Source: Fimbriimonadia bacterium
GTDB taxonomy: Bacteria; Armatimonadota; Fimbriimonadia; Fimbriimonadales; JABRVX01
Length of the DNA: 64,000 nt
Reading direction: 5' to 3'
Assembly (NCBI GenBank): GCA_041483895.1
Contig: JBGPGO010000004.1
Location: 64,001-128,000 of the forward strand
The notes beneath the pieces were generated by a model. The model ran no database searches. It was not told where the DNA came from and was given only the letters and a program-made list of their open reading frames with translations. The position numbers and the translations under genes were made by a program. Below, piece after piece: positions 29,414-41,071 of this stretch. Every line of letters begins with the position of its first letter. The first letter of the stretch is position 1.

Positions 29414-29480
29414 GCCAAACGTCCTATGCTCGGCGGGGCCAAATCCGTCTCAGTGATGCCCCAGTGAGTAACGGACGCAA

Positions 29481-29503
29481 TGCCGCCTGGAAGGCAGCGT
29501 TAC
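29481..29503 (-). repeat. Solo REP-like element
   Basis: Exact reverse complement of 17776-17798. Confidence 0.8.
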
Positions 29504-29586
29504 GATCAGATCGGCAACGCAACGCCCATTCGGTTGCGTAGGTAGACTATAGGAACTCCAAAGGATCGGAAAAGGAGAACTCGTAC

Positions 29587-30864
29587 ATGCGTTTGGCATC
29601 TTGCATTTTGGCGTTGCTTGCCTCGATCTTCATCGCAACCGGCCAAGACCAGCCCCTCAGCCTTGACGAAATCATCCGATTGTCCCTTGCCCGCAATGGC
29701 GCCGTGGCAGCTGCACGATTGGATCGCATCGGTGCATCCGAGCGGCTCACCCAGGTGAACGCCGCCTTTTTCCCCACCATCACTCCGGAATACAACTACA
29801 CGGACAACTTAACGGAGTTCGGTGCGTCCAACCGATTCTCCAGTCGGCAGACCTCCGCGGGCATCGTCGCGGATTGGCTGCTCTGGGACTCCGGCGGTCG
29901 CTATACCAATCTGCGCACATCGCAGGCCGGTGTGCGAAGCAGTCGGTACGATGAGCGCCAGCAGCGGCGTTCGATCATATTCGAGGCCACGGATCGATAC
30001 TACAGCACTCTTCTGGCCCGCGAACTGGTCCGAGTGGCCCAGGCGACGGTGGATCGGAACAAGACCACGCTAGAGATCACCCAGGCAGAAGCCGATGCTG
30101 GGGCAGTCGCTCGCAAAGAGGTCCTACAGGCGCAGGCCGATTTGAAGAATTCCGAGGTAAGCCTCATCCAGGCGCAGCAAAATGCCCGTGTTGCCGAGGC
30201 TGATCTCCGCGAGACGCTGGGCTGGGAACCGAATCGTCCGCTCCCAGAATTAGTCCCCGTGCCGAAACCGACTCCACCGGCCAAAATCGACCCGCTCACA
30301 GCGTACGAGGAGAAGGCAATCGCCGAGCGTCCGGACCTGAAAAGCACGTCCGAGTCCATCCGTGCCTTCAACTACTCCATCCGCCAGGCGGAATACAATT
30401 CGCGCGTCAGCTATCAGCTTCATGGCAGCTACGTTCGAAATTTCCAAGAGGAGAGCTCTTCGGACCGCTCCATCAGTTTCTTCGCCTCGATCCCCTTGTT
30501 CGATGCTGGGCGCTCTCGATCGATCGTGCGAGAAACCAAAGCGAGCCGCGACGCCGCGCAGGCGCGCTTCGAGCAGACCGAGCGCAGAGTTCGATCCGAC
30601 GTCGAATCCGCGTACCTGTCCTACTCGCTCAACATCCAAGCGCTGACAGCCGCATCGTTGGCGCTTGAGGCGGCGCAGCTGAACTACGAAGCGGCGACGG
30701 AAGGCCGGAAAGAGGGCGCCGGGAGTCTCACCGACGTAATCAACGCGCAGCTCGCCCTGGTCCAGGCCGAGACCAACAACGTGAACGCCGTCTACAACTT
30801 TTACATCGCCAACGCCCAATTGCAGTTCGTCTCCGGCGCGCCGATGGCAGGAGAGTTGCCGTAG
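29587..30864 (+). CDS. TolC family outer-membrane efflux protein
   Basis: Signal peptide; [24 protein letters not shown], heptad helices. Confidence 0.9.
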   Translation: MRLASCILALLASIFIATGQDQPLSLDEIIRLSLARNGAVAAARLDRIGASERLTQVNAAFFPTITPEYNYTDNLTEFGASNRFSSRQTSAGIVADWLLWDSGGRYTNLRTSQAGVRSSRYDERQQRRSIIFEATDRYYSTLLARELVRVAQATVDRNKTTLEITQAEADAGAVARKEVLQAQADLKNSEVSLIQAQQNARVAEADLRETLGWEPNRPLPELVPVPKPTPPAKIDPLTAYEEKAIAERPDLKSTSESIRAFNYSIRQAEYNSRVSYQLHGSYVRNFQEESSSDRSISFFASIPLFDAGRSRSIVRETKASRDAAQARFEQTERRVRSDVESAYLSYSLNIQALTAASLALEAAQLNYEAATEGRKEGAGSLTDVINAQLALVQAETNNVNAVYNFYIANAQLQFVSGAPMAGELP

Positions 30865-31592
30865 TGGCTCTGCTGCGGACAGTCAAACTGAACAAAGATT
30901 ATCACATGGGCGATAACGTCGTTCGGGCGTTGCGGGGCGTGGATTGCGAAATCGATGAGGGGGATTTCGTCGCGATCATGGGGCCGTCAGGGTCAGGCAA
31001 ATCCACGTTCATGAACATCATCGGCTGCCTGGATCGGCCCACATCAGGCGAATACTATTTGGATGGCGAGCTGGTTTCGGAACTTGGGGACAACCGCCTG
31101 GCGGAGGTTCGAAATCAGATGATCGGCTTCGTCTTTCAGACCTTCAATCTGTTGCCGCGAACGAATGCGCTGCGCAACGTCGAGCTGCCGCTGGTCTACT
31201 CCGGGGAAAAACGCCGGTCGGAAAAGGCGACGGTCGCGTTGGATCGCGTGGGATTGAAAGATCGAATGGGGCATCGGCCCAACGAGCTCTCCGGCGGGCA
31301 GCAACAACGCGTTGCAATCGCGCGTGCGATCGTCAACGATCCAAAGATCATTTTGGCGGACGAGCCGACCGGGAACCTGGACAGCCGCACGGGAGCGGAG
31401 ATCATGGTGATCTTTCAAGACCTGCATCGGCAAGGCAAGACCATCATCGTCGTCACCCATGAACCGGACATCGCAAAGCACTGCAACCGCATCATCCGTT
31501 TTCGTGACGGTATGATCGTCGGTGATGAGAACGTGCCGACTCCGATCGATGCAGGCGATGCTCTGGCCGCGATGGGTCCTGAGCTGGACTAG
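30864..31592 (+). CDS. MacB/LolD-like ABC ATP-binding protein
   Basis: [43 protein letters not shown]. Confidence 0.95.
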   Translation: MALLRTVKLNKDYHMGDNVVRALRGVDCEIDEGDFVAIMGPSGSGKSTFMNIIGCLDRPTSGEYYLDGELVSELGDNRLAEVRNQMIGFVFQTFNLLPRTNALRNVELPLVYSGEKRRSEKATVALDRVGLKDRMGHRPNELSGGQQQRVAIARAIVNDPKIILADEPTGNLDSRTGAEIMVIFQDLHRQGKTIIVVTHEPDIAKHCNRIIRFRDGMIVGDENVPTPIDAGDALAAMGPELD

Positions 31593-32886
31593 CCTCACTC
31601 TTTTCCTGCCCTGTTTTGCCGGACTTTCCGCTGGGGTTGGCCGCGCGACCATCACGCCCGACGTGAAGTCGCAAAAGGTTCCGCTTGGGGGCTATACGGC
31701 CCGTGGCAGCAAAACGGCTACTGGCGTGAGAGACCCGGTCTATGCGCGAGCCATCGTCCTTCGTTCCGAATCCGATCGCATTGGCATCGTTTCGTGCGAC
31801 ATGCTCACGCTGCCGCGATCGTTGAAGCGTGCCGTGTTGGAGCGGCTTCCCGGTTGGCAGGAGGATCACTTAATCCTAGCGGCGACCCACACGCATTGCG
31901 CCCCCGACAGCCAGCGACTCAATCAGAAGATGACCTTTCCCGTTCCCGGCATCGCGACGTTTCAAGAAAAGGCGCTGGATTGGACCGCCGACCAAATCGC
32001 GCAGGCGGTTCGCGACGCCGAGCGAAACATGCAGCCTGTCTCTTTGCGGTTGGGGATGCAGCAGGCCGGCCTCAGCCGACTGCGGCGATGGCAGAATTTG
32101 ACGCGAGAGCCGCAACCGTTGCAACGATCGGGACCGCTGGGTTGGGATTGGGTGAAACGGCCGGCGCCGGAAATTCCGGAAGAGGATCTGCTTCGAATCG
32201 CGGAATTTGTGCGGTCGGATGGGCAACCGTTGGCGGTCGTCGTCAACTATGCTGCGCATCCAACGATCTTCAGCGAGAAGATGCTGGAAGTTTCTGCCGA
32301 GTACCCTGGAGAGCTGGCGCGGCGATGGGAGGGCAAACATCCCGGCGGCATGCTGCTGTTTATCAATGGAGCGCAGGGGGATCGGTCCCCAATTGCAGAC
32401 GACGGCGTAACGGAAGAAGAGAAAATGCAGCGGTATGCCGGCCGCGTGCTTGGCATCGTCGAGAGGGCCGAGAAGGAAGCTATCATCTATCCCTTCGACG
32501 GCATCAAAGTTCGGTCCGCCGAGATTCAGCTTCCCCCAGTGCAACCCCATCCACAGCTTGTTGAGCAGGTCGCGAAGCAGGGAATCAGCAAAGAATTGTT
32601 GCAGAGAGTCGCCGAAGGGTTTATGCCAAAGACGACGATTTGCGTTTGGGGAAAAGTCGGCGCGTGGGAGTTTATTGCGGTTCCGGGGGAGCCAACGACC
32701 ACTGTCGGGCGGGAACTGAGGCGAGGCTTTCCGCAAACAACCCACCTATTTGGCCTTGCCAATGATTGGATTGGATATATCCCCACCCCGGACCAATACA
32801 GAGTCGGCGGGTATGAGGCGACCGTCTCGTTCAACGGGCCGGGCCTCGCGGCGGCAATTGTCAGAGCGTTCCGTTCCCTGCTGTGA
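31558..32886 (+). CDS. Neutral/alkaline ceramidase-family hydrolase (start uncertain)
   Basis: [59 protein letters not shown]. Confidence 0.8.
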   Translation: MLWPRWVLSWTSLTLFLPCFAGLSAGVGRATITPDVKSQKVPLGGYTARGSKTATGVRDPVYARAIVLRSESDRIGIVSCDMLTLPRSLKRAVLERLPGWQEDHLILAATHTHCAPDSQRLNQKMTFPVPGIATFQEKALDWTADQIAQAVRDAERNMQPVSLRLGMQQAGLSRLRRWQNLTREPQPLQRSGPLGWDWVKRPAPEIPEEDLLRIAEFVRSDGQPLAVVVNYAAHPTIFSEKMLEVSAEYPGELARRWEGKHPGGMLLFINGAQGDRSPIADDGVTEEEKMQRYAGRVLGIVERAEKEAIIYPFDGIKVRSAEIQLPPVQPHPQLVEQVAKQGISKELLQRVAEGFMPKTTICVWGKVGAWEFIAVPGEPTTTVGRELRRGFPQTTHLFGLANDWIGYIPTPDQYRVGGYEATVSFNGPGLAAAIVRAFRSLL

Positions 32887-32910
32887 GAAGACGCCGATTT
32901 TTGCCGCGCC

Positions 32911-32941
32911 AAAAGACCCCGGCGCTCGAATGGCCGGGATC
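32911..32941 (-). terminator. Intrinsic terminator of the DUF5679 gene
   Basis: GAUCCCGGC/GCCGGGGUC stem followed by UUUU. Confidence 0.65.
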
Positions 32942-32962
32942 TCGGGCGGACAAATCCAACTC

Positions 32963-33109
32963 CTACTTCGCCGCGCCAATGCGGAAGATCTTGCCTCCGC
33001 AGGTAGGACAAAGACCCTTGACGGCCGGCTTGCCGTTTTTCAGCGTCGTGGTCTCCGGATCTTTGATTTCTTTATGGGCCTTACACTTCAAGCAGTAACC
33101 TTGGGCCAT
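32963..33109 (-). CDS. DUF5679-like small zinc-ribbon protein (48 aa)
   Basis: YCLKCK...KNGKPAVKGLCPTCGGKIFRIG; GGAGG RBS. Confidence 0.85.
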   Translation of the reverse strand: MAQGYCLKCKAHKEIKDPETTTLKNGKPAVKGLCPTCGGKIFRIGAAK

Positions 33110-33271
33110 ATCGTTCCTCCATTTGTACTGTGGGAGCCCGTGAGAGCATCGCAGTTGCGTTCGCGTGTACACCCTAACTCAGTAGGCTCTCGAATCAGCG
33201 GACCAGTGCGAATCGCACCAGTCATGGTAGGGAGTTTGCCGTACTGTGGGCCTATCCTGCAATCGGAACGA

Positions 33272-34093
33272 TTATTTTTGGAGGGAGATTTCCATGCCGT
33301 CGTAGCCGGGAACGACGCCTTGCGGCTCCAGAAGCTCGGTGAGACGTTCGTGGGTTGCGCCGCCGCGATGATCGTGGTGGGTCGTTACAACCATTGAATC
33401 CGGGCGCAGAGCGCCGATTTTGACCAACTTGTCCCGGGCCTGCAAAACCTCTTCGACATCAAGATGACCGGGGTATTCGTTCTTCACCATACCGTGACTG
33501 CAATCGATCACGAGCAGATCGATCGGCGCGGCCATCGCGGAGAGGAATTTCCATGTCGCTTCCGGCCACCAGCCCGTGTCCGTGGCATAGAGGAACCGCG
33601 ATTTGCCGTCATCGACGATCAGATTGAGTGCGTCTTCTCGCTCGAGATGGCCTGCTCGGATTCCCGTCAAGTCATACGAGCCGACGCGCGAAGTGTCGAA
33701 GGAGCTGAGGCAAAAGGTGCGAAGCAATTCGCTTTGCGCCAATTCGCTCGCAATGCGATGAAGAACGACATCGTTGCCACCCAACGCGAACTTTGGGCCA
33801 TGCCCGTTTAGGAACGGCGGCAACAGATACTGCAGCTCGCGAATGGCAAAGTGATCGTCGTCCGAATGGGTAAAAACCACGTTGTCCCACGCTGTTGCAT
33901 TCAGGCGGTCCCGGTGGATTTGGCAGAGAGTATCGGGTCCCAAATCGATCTTTAGCGCGCCGTCCACAAGGGCGCTGGATCGGCTCCGAATCTCCTTGCC
34001 TCCAACTTCCCGTGCGTGATTGCACACGTCGCAGCAGCAGAACAGTGCCGGAATTCCCTCGCATGCCGACGTCCCAAGCAGCCTTACTTTCAT
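33272..34093 (-). CDS. Metallo-beta-lactamase-fold hydrolase, PhnP-like
   Basis: LGTSACEGIPALFCCCDVC, THSDDDH, ATDTG, TTHHDH. Confidence 0.85.
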   Translation of the reverse strand: MKVRLLGTSACEGIPALFCCCDVCNHAREVGGKEIRSRSSALVDGALKIDLGPDTLCQIHRDRLNATAWDNVVFTHSDDDHFAIRELQYLLPPFLNGHGPKFALGGNDVVLHRIASELAQSELLRTFCLSSFDTSRVGSYDLTGIRAGHLEREDALNLIVDDGKSRFLYATDTGWWPEATWKFLSAMAAPIDLLVIDCSHGMVKNEYPGHLDVEEVLQARDKLVKIGALRPDSMVVTTHHDHRGGATHERLTELLEPQGVVPGYDGMEISLQK

Positions 34094-34671
34094 CGTCGCG
34101 CCCCCATCAAGTTTTCTACCCACGGCCAAAACAGTAGGCCGGCGGGCGGGTCGCGAAATTCGCGCCCAATGATCCAGACGGGAATATGTATGCCATGTTC
34201 GGCATGGTCCCGGCAGATCAGGTGGAAAGCCCCAAGTAGGTCCGATCCTGATCGAACGGTCATCTCTCCCTCGATGACCACGCTGATTGACGGGGTTACG
34301 GCGGGCAGTTCATCGGTTTCCAAAATCGGCAGTTCAAACAGCATCCCGGTCGCTTCGATCAGGGCCTTCGCCTCGCGTATCTCCTCGGGGGTCGAAGTCG
34401 AAGTGGGCAGTTGGTCGAGAGATGCGAGACCGGCAATCGCCCCAGGATGAGTGTACAGCCGATCGGTTTGGTCCTCGACGATAACGCCTTCCCTTCGCCA
34501 GCCGGCAATCAAATTGGCCGTCCGCATGGGGGCGACGAATCGGCTTCGATCGGCGGGTCGCCGGTCGTGCGCCAGCAGCATCGGAGCCTCGTGGGCCAAG
34601 AAATCTTCCATTGTGTGTTGCGGAGTGGCGGCAAATCGATAGGCCCGGAATGGCAGCAGCGTCAGTGGCAT
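34090..34671 (-). CDS. Hypothetical protein, weakly resembling a shortened DUF1015 protein
   Basis: LLPFRAYRF and WRREGVIVED resemble DUF1015 N-terminal blocks; coupled to both neighbours. Confidence 0.5.
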   Translation of the reverse strand: MPLTLLPFRAYRFAATPQHTMEDFLAHEAPMLLAHDRRPADRSRFVAPMRTANLIAGWRREGVIVEDQTDRLYTHPGAIAGLASLDQLPTSTSTPEEIREAKALIEATGMLFELPILETDELPAVTPSISVVIEGEMTVRSGSDLLGAFHLICRDHAEHGIHIPVWIIGREFRDPPAGLLFWPWVENLMGARR

Positions 34672-34674
34672 CGC

Positions 34675-34908
34675 TTAGAATCGTTTGCGGTTGCGGGGCT
34701 CGAAATGGTAGCCCAGCAACCCTCCTCGGATTTCTTTGTCATACATACGCTGAATGATCGGCTCTCGGAATTCGTTGAACACGCAGATCACCCTCACCCC
34801 GAGCATTTGGGCCACTTGGGTGGCATCCTCCTTGCTTCGCGGGTTCAGTTTCTGCGAGCGGCAGGTTTCGGTGTCGGCATTGTATAGCGAGCAGTCACGA
34901 CAATCCAT
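34675..34908 (-). CDS. Small Cys-rich hypothetical protein
   Basis: MDCRDC...TC...IC; GAGGTG RBS upstream. Confidence 0.65.
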   Translation of the reverse strand: MDCRDCSLYNADTETCRSQKLNPRSKEDATQVAQMLGVRVICVFNEFREPIIQRMYDKEIRGGLLGYHFEPRNRKRF

Positions 34909-35055
34909 GAATCACCTCGCTCCGTAGCCTTCTCTCCCTAGTAATCATGTCCGCAAAAGTTCCCGGCAACCAGGTTTCTATCGCAAATCGGGACATAAGA
35001 CCCTCCCATCCCTTCACAGTCTGACTGTGAAGGGATGGGACGACAACCCCCGCGT

Positions 35056-35168
35056 TGTGTCGGGGTCCTCGCCTGACGACCACCTTACAATTACCGCGAC
35101 CTAAGCTGTGTCGGGGTCCTCGCCTGACGACCACCTTACGATTACCGCGACCTAAGACCCCGACACAG
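35056..35168. repeat. Near-perfect 51-bp tandem duplication within an inverted-repeat-bounded element
   Basis: Units start at 35056 and 35107 (one internal mismatch); CTGTGTCGGGGTC (35106-35118) is inverted at 35156-35168. Confidence 0.85.
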
Positions 35169-35199
35169 CGTTTCGGCAATGGCGTTGGGAAGCCGTCCC

Positions 35200-35745
35200 T
35201 TATCCATTGCCCGTCAGGGCCTCGGACTTCAGCACGCCGATGTAGGGCAGGTTGCGGTACTTTTGCCGCCAATCGAGACCATAGCCGACCACAAACAGGT
35301 CCGGGATATCGAAACCGCGGTACTGGATCGGCACGTCCGCAATCCGGCGGCGAGGGCGATCCAGCAGGACGGCCACGCGAAGCGTTTTCGGACCCCTGCG
35401 CTCGATATTTTTATAGATGTATGCGAGAGTAAGGCCGGTGTCCACAATGTCTTCGACGATCACCACGTTGCGGCCCTGAATGCTTTCATCCAGGTCCTTC
35501 GTGATGCGGACCTCGCCGCTCTCCACAGCCGTACCGTAGCTGCTGATTGCCATAAAATCGAAGGAGTTGGGTACGGTGAGATGGCGGACAAGGTCGGTCA
35601 GAAAGAACACGCCGCCCTTAAGCACGGTCACGAGATGCACCCCATCGGGATAGTCTTCCGAAATCTCCGCGGCAATCTTCTTGATTCTCGCCCGCAGCCG
35701 CGCTTCGGAGATCAGGACTTCCTCGGCATCCGGATGAACCTGCAT
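35200..35745 (-). CDS. hpt: Hypoxanthine phosphoribosyltransferase
   Basis: VLKGG, ISSYG, VIVEDIVDTGLTL, FVVGYGLD...YRNLPYI. Confidence 0.97.
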   Translation of the reverse strand: MQVHPDAEEVLISEARLRARIKKIAAEISEDYPDGVHLVTVLKGGVFFLTDLVRHLTVPNSFDFMAISSYGTAVESGEVRITKDLDESIQGRNVVIVEDIVDTGLTLAYIYKNIERRGPKTLRVAVLLDRPRRRIADVPIQYRGFDIPDLFVVGYGLDWRQKYRNLPYIGVLKSEALTGNG

Positions 35746-35755
35746 GCCCTACAGG

Positions 35756-36877
35756 TTACCCCGCCAGTATCTCGACGTTCGCCCTGGGAACCCTGACTTC
35801 TTCTCCAGACTGCAGCTTCGCGTACAGAATTCGCACTTCAGCCCCGGATTCAATCTCGACAAGCTCATGCGGCAGTTGGGTCACCGTGGCCAGCGACCCA
35901 AAGTACGGCTCTCGAATCACTCGAATCGGCGTGCCGATGTCCAGCGTCTGATCTGTTTCCTCCGCAGGCTTCTCAGTCATCTTCTCCGTCAGAGGCACGA
36001 CGATCTCAGGACGGATTACGCCCGCTCGGATCTGCGTCGCTCCATTGATCGACGCATGCTTTCCATCCAACGATTTCAGCAGATAAAATGTTCGCTCGGC
36101 CATCGCGAGCATCCCAAACCCTTCTGTCAGGATAATGCTCAGCGGGATGTCTTCTTGGCCAGTAATCGCGACGCCGATGTCGAAGCCGAGGAATTGGACA
36201 AGGTCGGAATCTTTAATCCCTCCGCAAACGATCCCAACCGCTCCGGCCTGGACCGCGGAACGTATTCCCGCGGCGGTCACGCCGGCCCCGCCGACAACGA
36301 TTTTGCCCTTGTGCTCCGGCTTGAAATGCCCGGAATCCAGAATCTCGTCCGGTCCGCTGACGACCGTGATGATCTCCCCGCTTCGCTCCCCACCGACGCC
36401 AAAAATTCCTTGGATGAGCGCCCCTTCGGCCTCGATCTCCGCACCGCGCCCGTCCTGCACGGCGACCACCGTGCCGTTGATGTAGGCGGTCTTATCGATC
36501 GGGATCGGCGGCTCGCGCAGCGCCATGTGCCCGGATATTGGAAAGAGCGCCTCGAAGGTTCCGTCGACCGGCGCCGCGACGGAAGTCTTGAACAGACCCA
36601 AGAATCCCTTCGTCTCGCCGAGCAGCTGACCCTTCGTGATCGGATCGCCCTCTTTGACGAGAAGGAAATTGCGTACCTCTTTCGGCTCGACACCCAACAG
36701 TTCCGTGAACTTCACGGTCTGAATCATGCCGGGCAATTCGGCTCGAGCGATGATTGTATTGGGCTCAACCGTGTCGCCGGTCTTTACAAGCACCTGCCCA
36801 TTGATCGGCAACTGCCTGCTCTTTCGGATTTTTGTATAGCCGCTGACGGTGAGTCCGGGAGTATAGGCGCTACCCAA
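35756..36877 (-). CDS. Conserved hypothetical protein (hybrid-motif and KOW-like segments)
   Basis: TTG start after GGAGGA; AYTPGL, IQGIFGVGGE, IGVAITGQE, LTEGFG, GATQIRAGVIRPE. Confidence 0.8.
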   Translation of the reverse strand: MGSAYTPGLTVSGYTKIRKSRQLPINGQVLVKTGDTVEPNTIIARAELPGMIQTVKFTELLGVEPKEVRNFLLVKEGDPITKGQLLGETKGFLGLFKTSVAAPVDGTFEALFPISGHMALREPPIPIDKTAYINGTVVAVQDGRGAEIEAEGALIQGIFGVGGERSGEIITVVSGPDEILDSGHFKPEHKGKIVVGGAGVTAAGIRSAVQAGAVGIVCGGIKDSDLVQFLGFDIGVAITGQEDIPLSIILTEGFGMLAMAERTFYLLKSLDGKHASINGATQIRAGVIRPEIVVPLTEKMTEKPAEETDQTLDIGTPIRVIREPYFGSLATVTQLPHELVEIESGAEVRILYAKLQSGEEVRVPRANVEILAG

Positions 36878-37165
36878 GTTTCCTCCTGCCTGCAATGTTG
36901 CTAAATATCCCAAGCCCGATCAGTAGGATTGCCGGGCGGAGGACGATGAGACAAAGACACTCGTGAGAATTAGGATACCGAGTGTAGCATGGGTCCGGAA
37001 GCTGAAGTCAAACGCGTGTTATAATTGAACCGGCGAACGGAGATGCAACAACTCGGCGGCTATGTTTGTCGGTCCTTGCTGTCCGTAGTGTCTCCAGGAA
37101 CCAAAAATAGGAGTGGAAACCTATGTCGCCCGCTCTGTCGACAAAAACGGCAGGCGGGCGATGTC

Positions 37166-38533
37166 TTATGCCTCTCCGTCGTCGCCAACCGGCTGCGTGT
37201 TCTTGGCGCCCGCCGGGGCGGGACCGTGCGCGACGATCCGGGTGTTGGGAATGTAATGACTACCCCCCAACGCTTCCTTCCGAATCAACTTTTCGCCTTT
37301 GTACACATACCGCCACGATCGGCAGCTCCAACCACGCCCGCCCTTTTCCACAACTTTCCTAGATCCGGGACGCAGCGTCGGATCGACGGTGTCCTTCACT
37401 TCAAAGCCGAATGCCCTCTTATCGGTAACGATGATCTTGTAGGAAGGCTGGTTCTCATCTTTTGTGCCGAGAATTCGGATGGTGATCCGTCCGGGCCTGT
37501 ACTCAGTAACCACGGCAACCGGCCCCTTCGTGGTATTGCGGAATCGAAGGTCCTTGCTTCCGAAGTTAACTGTGGCATCTCTGCCCAATGGGACGTAATC
37601 GATCGCCATCTGGTGATTGTGCCGCTCGAGAATCTTCATGCCGGACAAGAGCGCCGAATTGTAGAGCGTCGAGGACACCTGGCAGACGCCGCCGCCGACG
37701 CCGGGAACATGCTTGCCGTTTTTCAGCGTCGGCGCAATCAGGAAACCGCGCGCTGTGGACCGCAAGCCAACTGTCTTGTTGTAGGAGAACTCCTCGCCGG
37801 GCAACACAATGTGGCCGTTCAGAAGACCCGTCGCCAGTTTGATGTTATGCGCTCGCGTTCCTTGGGATGAGCGGAAGCTGGTGGTCCAACCGCCCAACTC
37901 GCACGTGATCTTCTTGAGCGTTTCTTCCGTCGCGCTGCCGTATGCCTGGGCGAACTCAACTTCAGCGTGCAACCCCGGCTGGACAAAGGCCTTTTCGATG
38001 TTCACCAGCGTGGCGTCGGGATCCAGCTCCCATCCCGGTTTTCCTCTCTGAATTTGGATGTTGCCTGCTGCGTATGTGAATTTGGCGTTTTCCGCCGGCA
38101 CGTTGAATCGGGTCAGTTTGATCGCCCACTTTTCGTAGGCCGCTCGATCCACGTTCCATTTCGCGGTTGCAGATGGCGGCAGGGCAACGGCGACGCGCCG
38201 ATTCGGCAGGCGGGACAATGGCGCATATTTCATCGCCTCCGCAACAGACCTCTTGGCATCGAGCTGAATGCCTGCGGTTGCGGGATCCACGATTTCGGAC
38301 TTCTGGCGGCGGATGAGATGCGACGCGAGTTCGACGGCATTATGCCGGCGCGGTTCCCACAATGCAGCGACCGATCGTTCCGCTTCCTCCACCGTCAACC
38401 CGGAAATATCTATTCCCGCAGCGGTCGCTCCTGTTGGAAAGCGGGGCTGGAAGATCGACAGAAATGCCGCCGCGCCGCCCCCTATCAGGGCAGCGCTAAT
38501 AAGACCACCGGCAACCCACCTGTTCAACCTCAC
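37166..38533 (-). CDS. VanW family protein with N-terminal anchor and C-terminal G5-like domain
   Basis: RAHNIKLA, PGEEFSYN, GGGVCQVSSTLYN, ERHNH, YVPLGRDATV, DLRFRN. Confidence 0.92.
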   Translation of the reverse strand: MRLNRWVAGGLISAALIGGGAAAFLSIFQPRFPTGATAAGIDISGLTVEEAERSVAALWEPRRHNAVELASHLIRRQKSEIVDPATAGIQLDAKRSVAEAMKYAPLSRLPNRRVAVALPPSATAKWNVDRAAYEKWAIKLTRFNVPAENAKFTYAAGNIQIQRGKPGWELDPDATLVNIEKAFVQPGLHAEVEFAQAYGSATEETLKKITCELGGWTTSFRSSQGTRAHNIKLATGLLNGHIVLPGEEFSYNKTVGLRSTARGFLIAPTLKNGKHVPGVGGGVCQVSSTLYNSALLSGMKILERHNHQMAIDYVPLGRDATVNFGSKDLRFRNTTKGPVAVVTEYRPGRITIRILGTKDENQPSYKIIVTDKRAFGFEVKDTVDPTLRPGSRKVVEKGGRGWSCRSWRYVYKGEKLIRKEALGGSHYIPNTRIVAHGPAPAGAKNTQPVGDDGEA

Positions 38534-38537
38534 GTCC

Positions 38538-39940
<1,403 letters not shown>

Positions 39941-39953
<13 letters not shown>

Positions 39954-40618
39954 TTTTGCGAGCCCTTGTCCTTGGGCTCGGCCCTCTCTTCAAATCTGGA
40001 TTCTAGCTGTCGCAGCCTTTCCGCCAATTCGTTGATCGCCGATTGTTCCGGATCCAAAAGGTTCAACTTGTCATCCATCACTGGCTCTAGCTGCCGTACC
40101 CCGGCCTGAATGATGATTCGACCCGGAACGCCGACCACCGTGCAGTTTGCGGGCACATCTTGATTAACGACGGCATTCGCTCCGATTTTACAATGGTCCC
40201 CTACCGTAATGGGACCTATTATTTTCGCGCCCATGCCAATGAGGACGCTATTTCCAATAGTCGGGTGCCGTTTCTTCTTTTCCAAGGACGATCCGCCCAA
40301 TGTGACTCCGTGATAGATCAGGCAGTCGTCTCCCACTTCCGCTGTCTCTCCGATGACGACGCCCATCCCATGATCGATAAAAAGCCTTCTTCCAACCCGC
40401 GCTCCGGGATGGATTTCAATGCCGGTTAGGAATCGTGACATGTGCGAACAGAGGCGGGACGGCGCGCGCAGCTTCATTTTCCAGAAAACGTGGGCGAATC
40501 GATGGTTCCAAACCGCCCAAAGGCCGGGATAGAAGATAACTTCGAATAGTGATCGCGCGGCAGGGTCTTTTCGGAAAACGGTCCGGATATCTTCCGCCAT
40601 GCGTCCGAAAAGGTTCAT
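39941..40618 (-). CDS. cysE: Serine O-acetyltransferase
   Basis: [40 protein letters not shown]. Confidence 0.97.
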
Positions 40619-40954
40619 TATTGGGGCTGCGCTCCGTAAGAAGTATACCCGCGGCGCGGTAGCGAAAATAGCCCGCATCGCGGATATTCCACGAGACAGG
40701 CACAGTTCACCCTTAGGATCACTCGACGTTCTTTTCGAGCGGACCCGATACTATTCCGCGTCCTAACGCGGGGGTCGCGAACGACGAGAACAGCCTGCAG
40801 ACACTCCATTCCCTTGCGGATATAAATGATTGCGAACGGGCAAGGACATGGATCGGCTCGTTCTACACCCCTGACGCGGCCTAGGAACAGTATAAGTTCG
40901 AATAAATGTATTGTTTTCCCGGCCGGCCGGAAGCACGCTATTTGGTTTTCTCAG

Positions 40955-41018
40955 ACGACTAGTTCTCGGAGAACGTGTTGGAATCCCTTTCGGAATTCCT
41001 CGTCTAAACACTAGTCGT
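40955..41018 (-). ncRNA. Candidate structured RNA element (three-way junction with GAAA tetraloop)
   Basis: ACGACUA/UAGUCGU, GUGUU/AACAC, GGAAUUCC-GAAA-GGGAUUCC, GUUCU-CCG-AGAAC. Confidence 0.45.
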
Positions 41019-41071
41019 GATCAACTGTCCCAAAAGTTCACCTTTGCCCATTTTTTTTGTGAAATTCAGTG

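Noticed and set aside
27643..29442. 599-aa minus-strand ORF, and similarly 48237-49580 and 50686-51867
   Set aside because: Antisense to clearly identifiable genes (DUF1080, sucA, lpdA).
35056..35168. Possible mini-CRISPR
   Set aside because: The whole unit is duplicated, so there are no unique spacers.
40620..40760. T-box leader for cysE-cysS
   Set aside because: Only a loose AAGGGTGAAC resemblance; no GGTGGNACC motif, terminator or specifier stem found.
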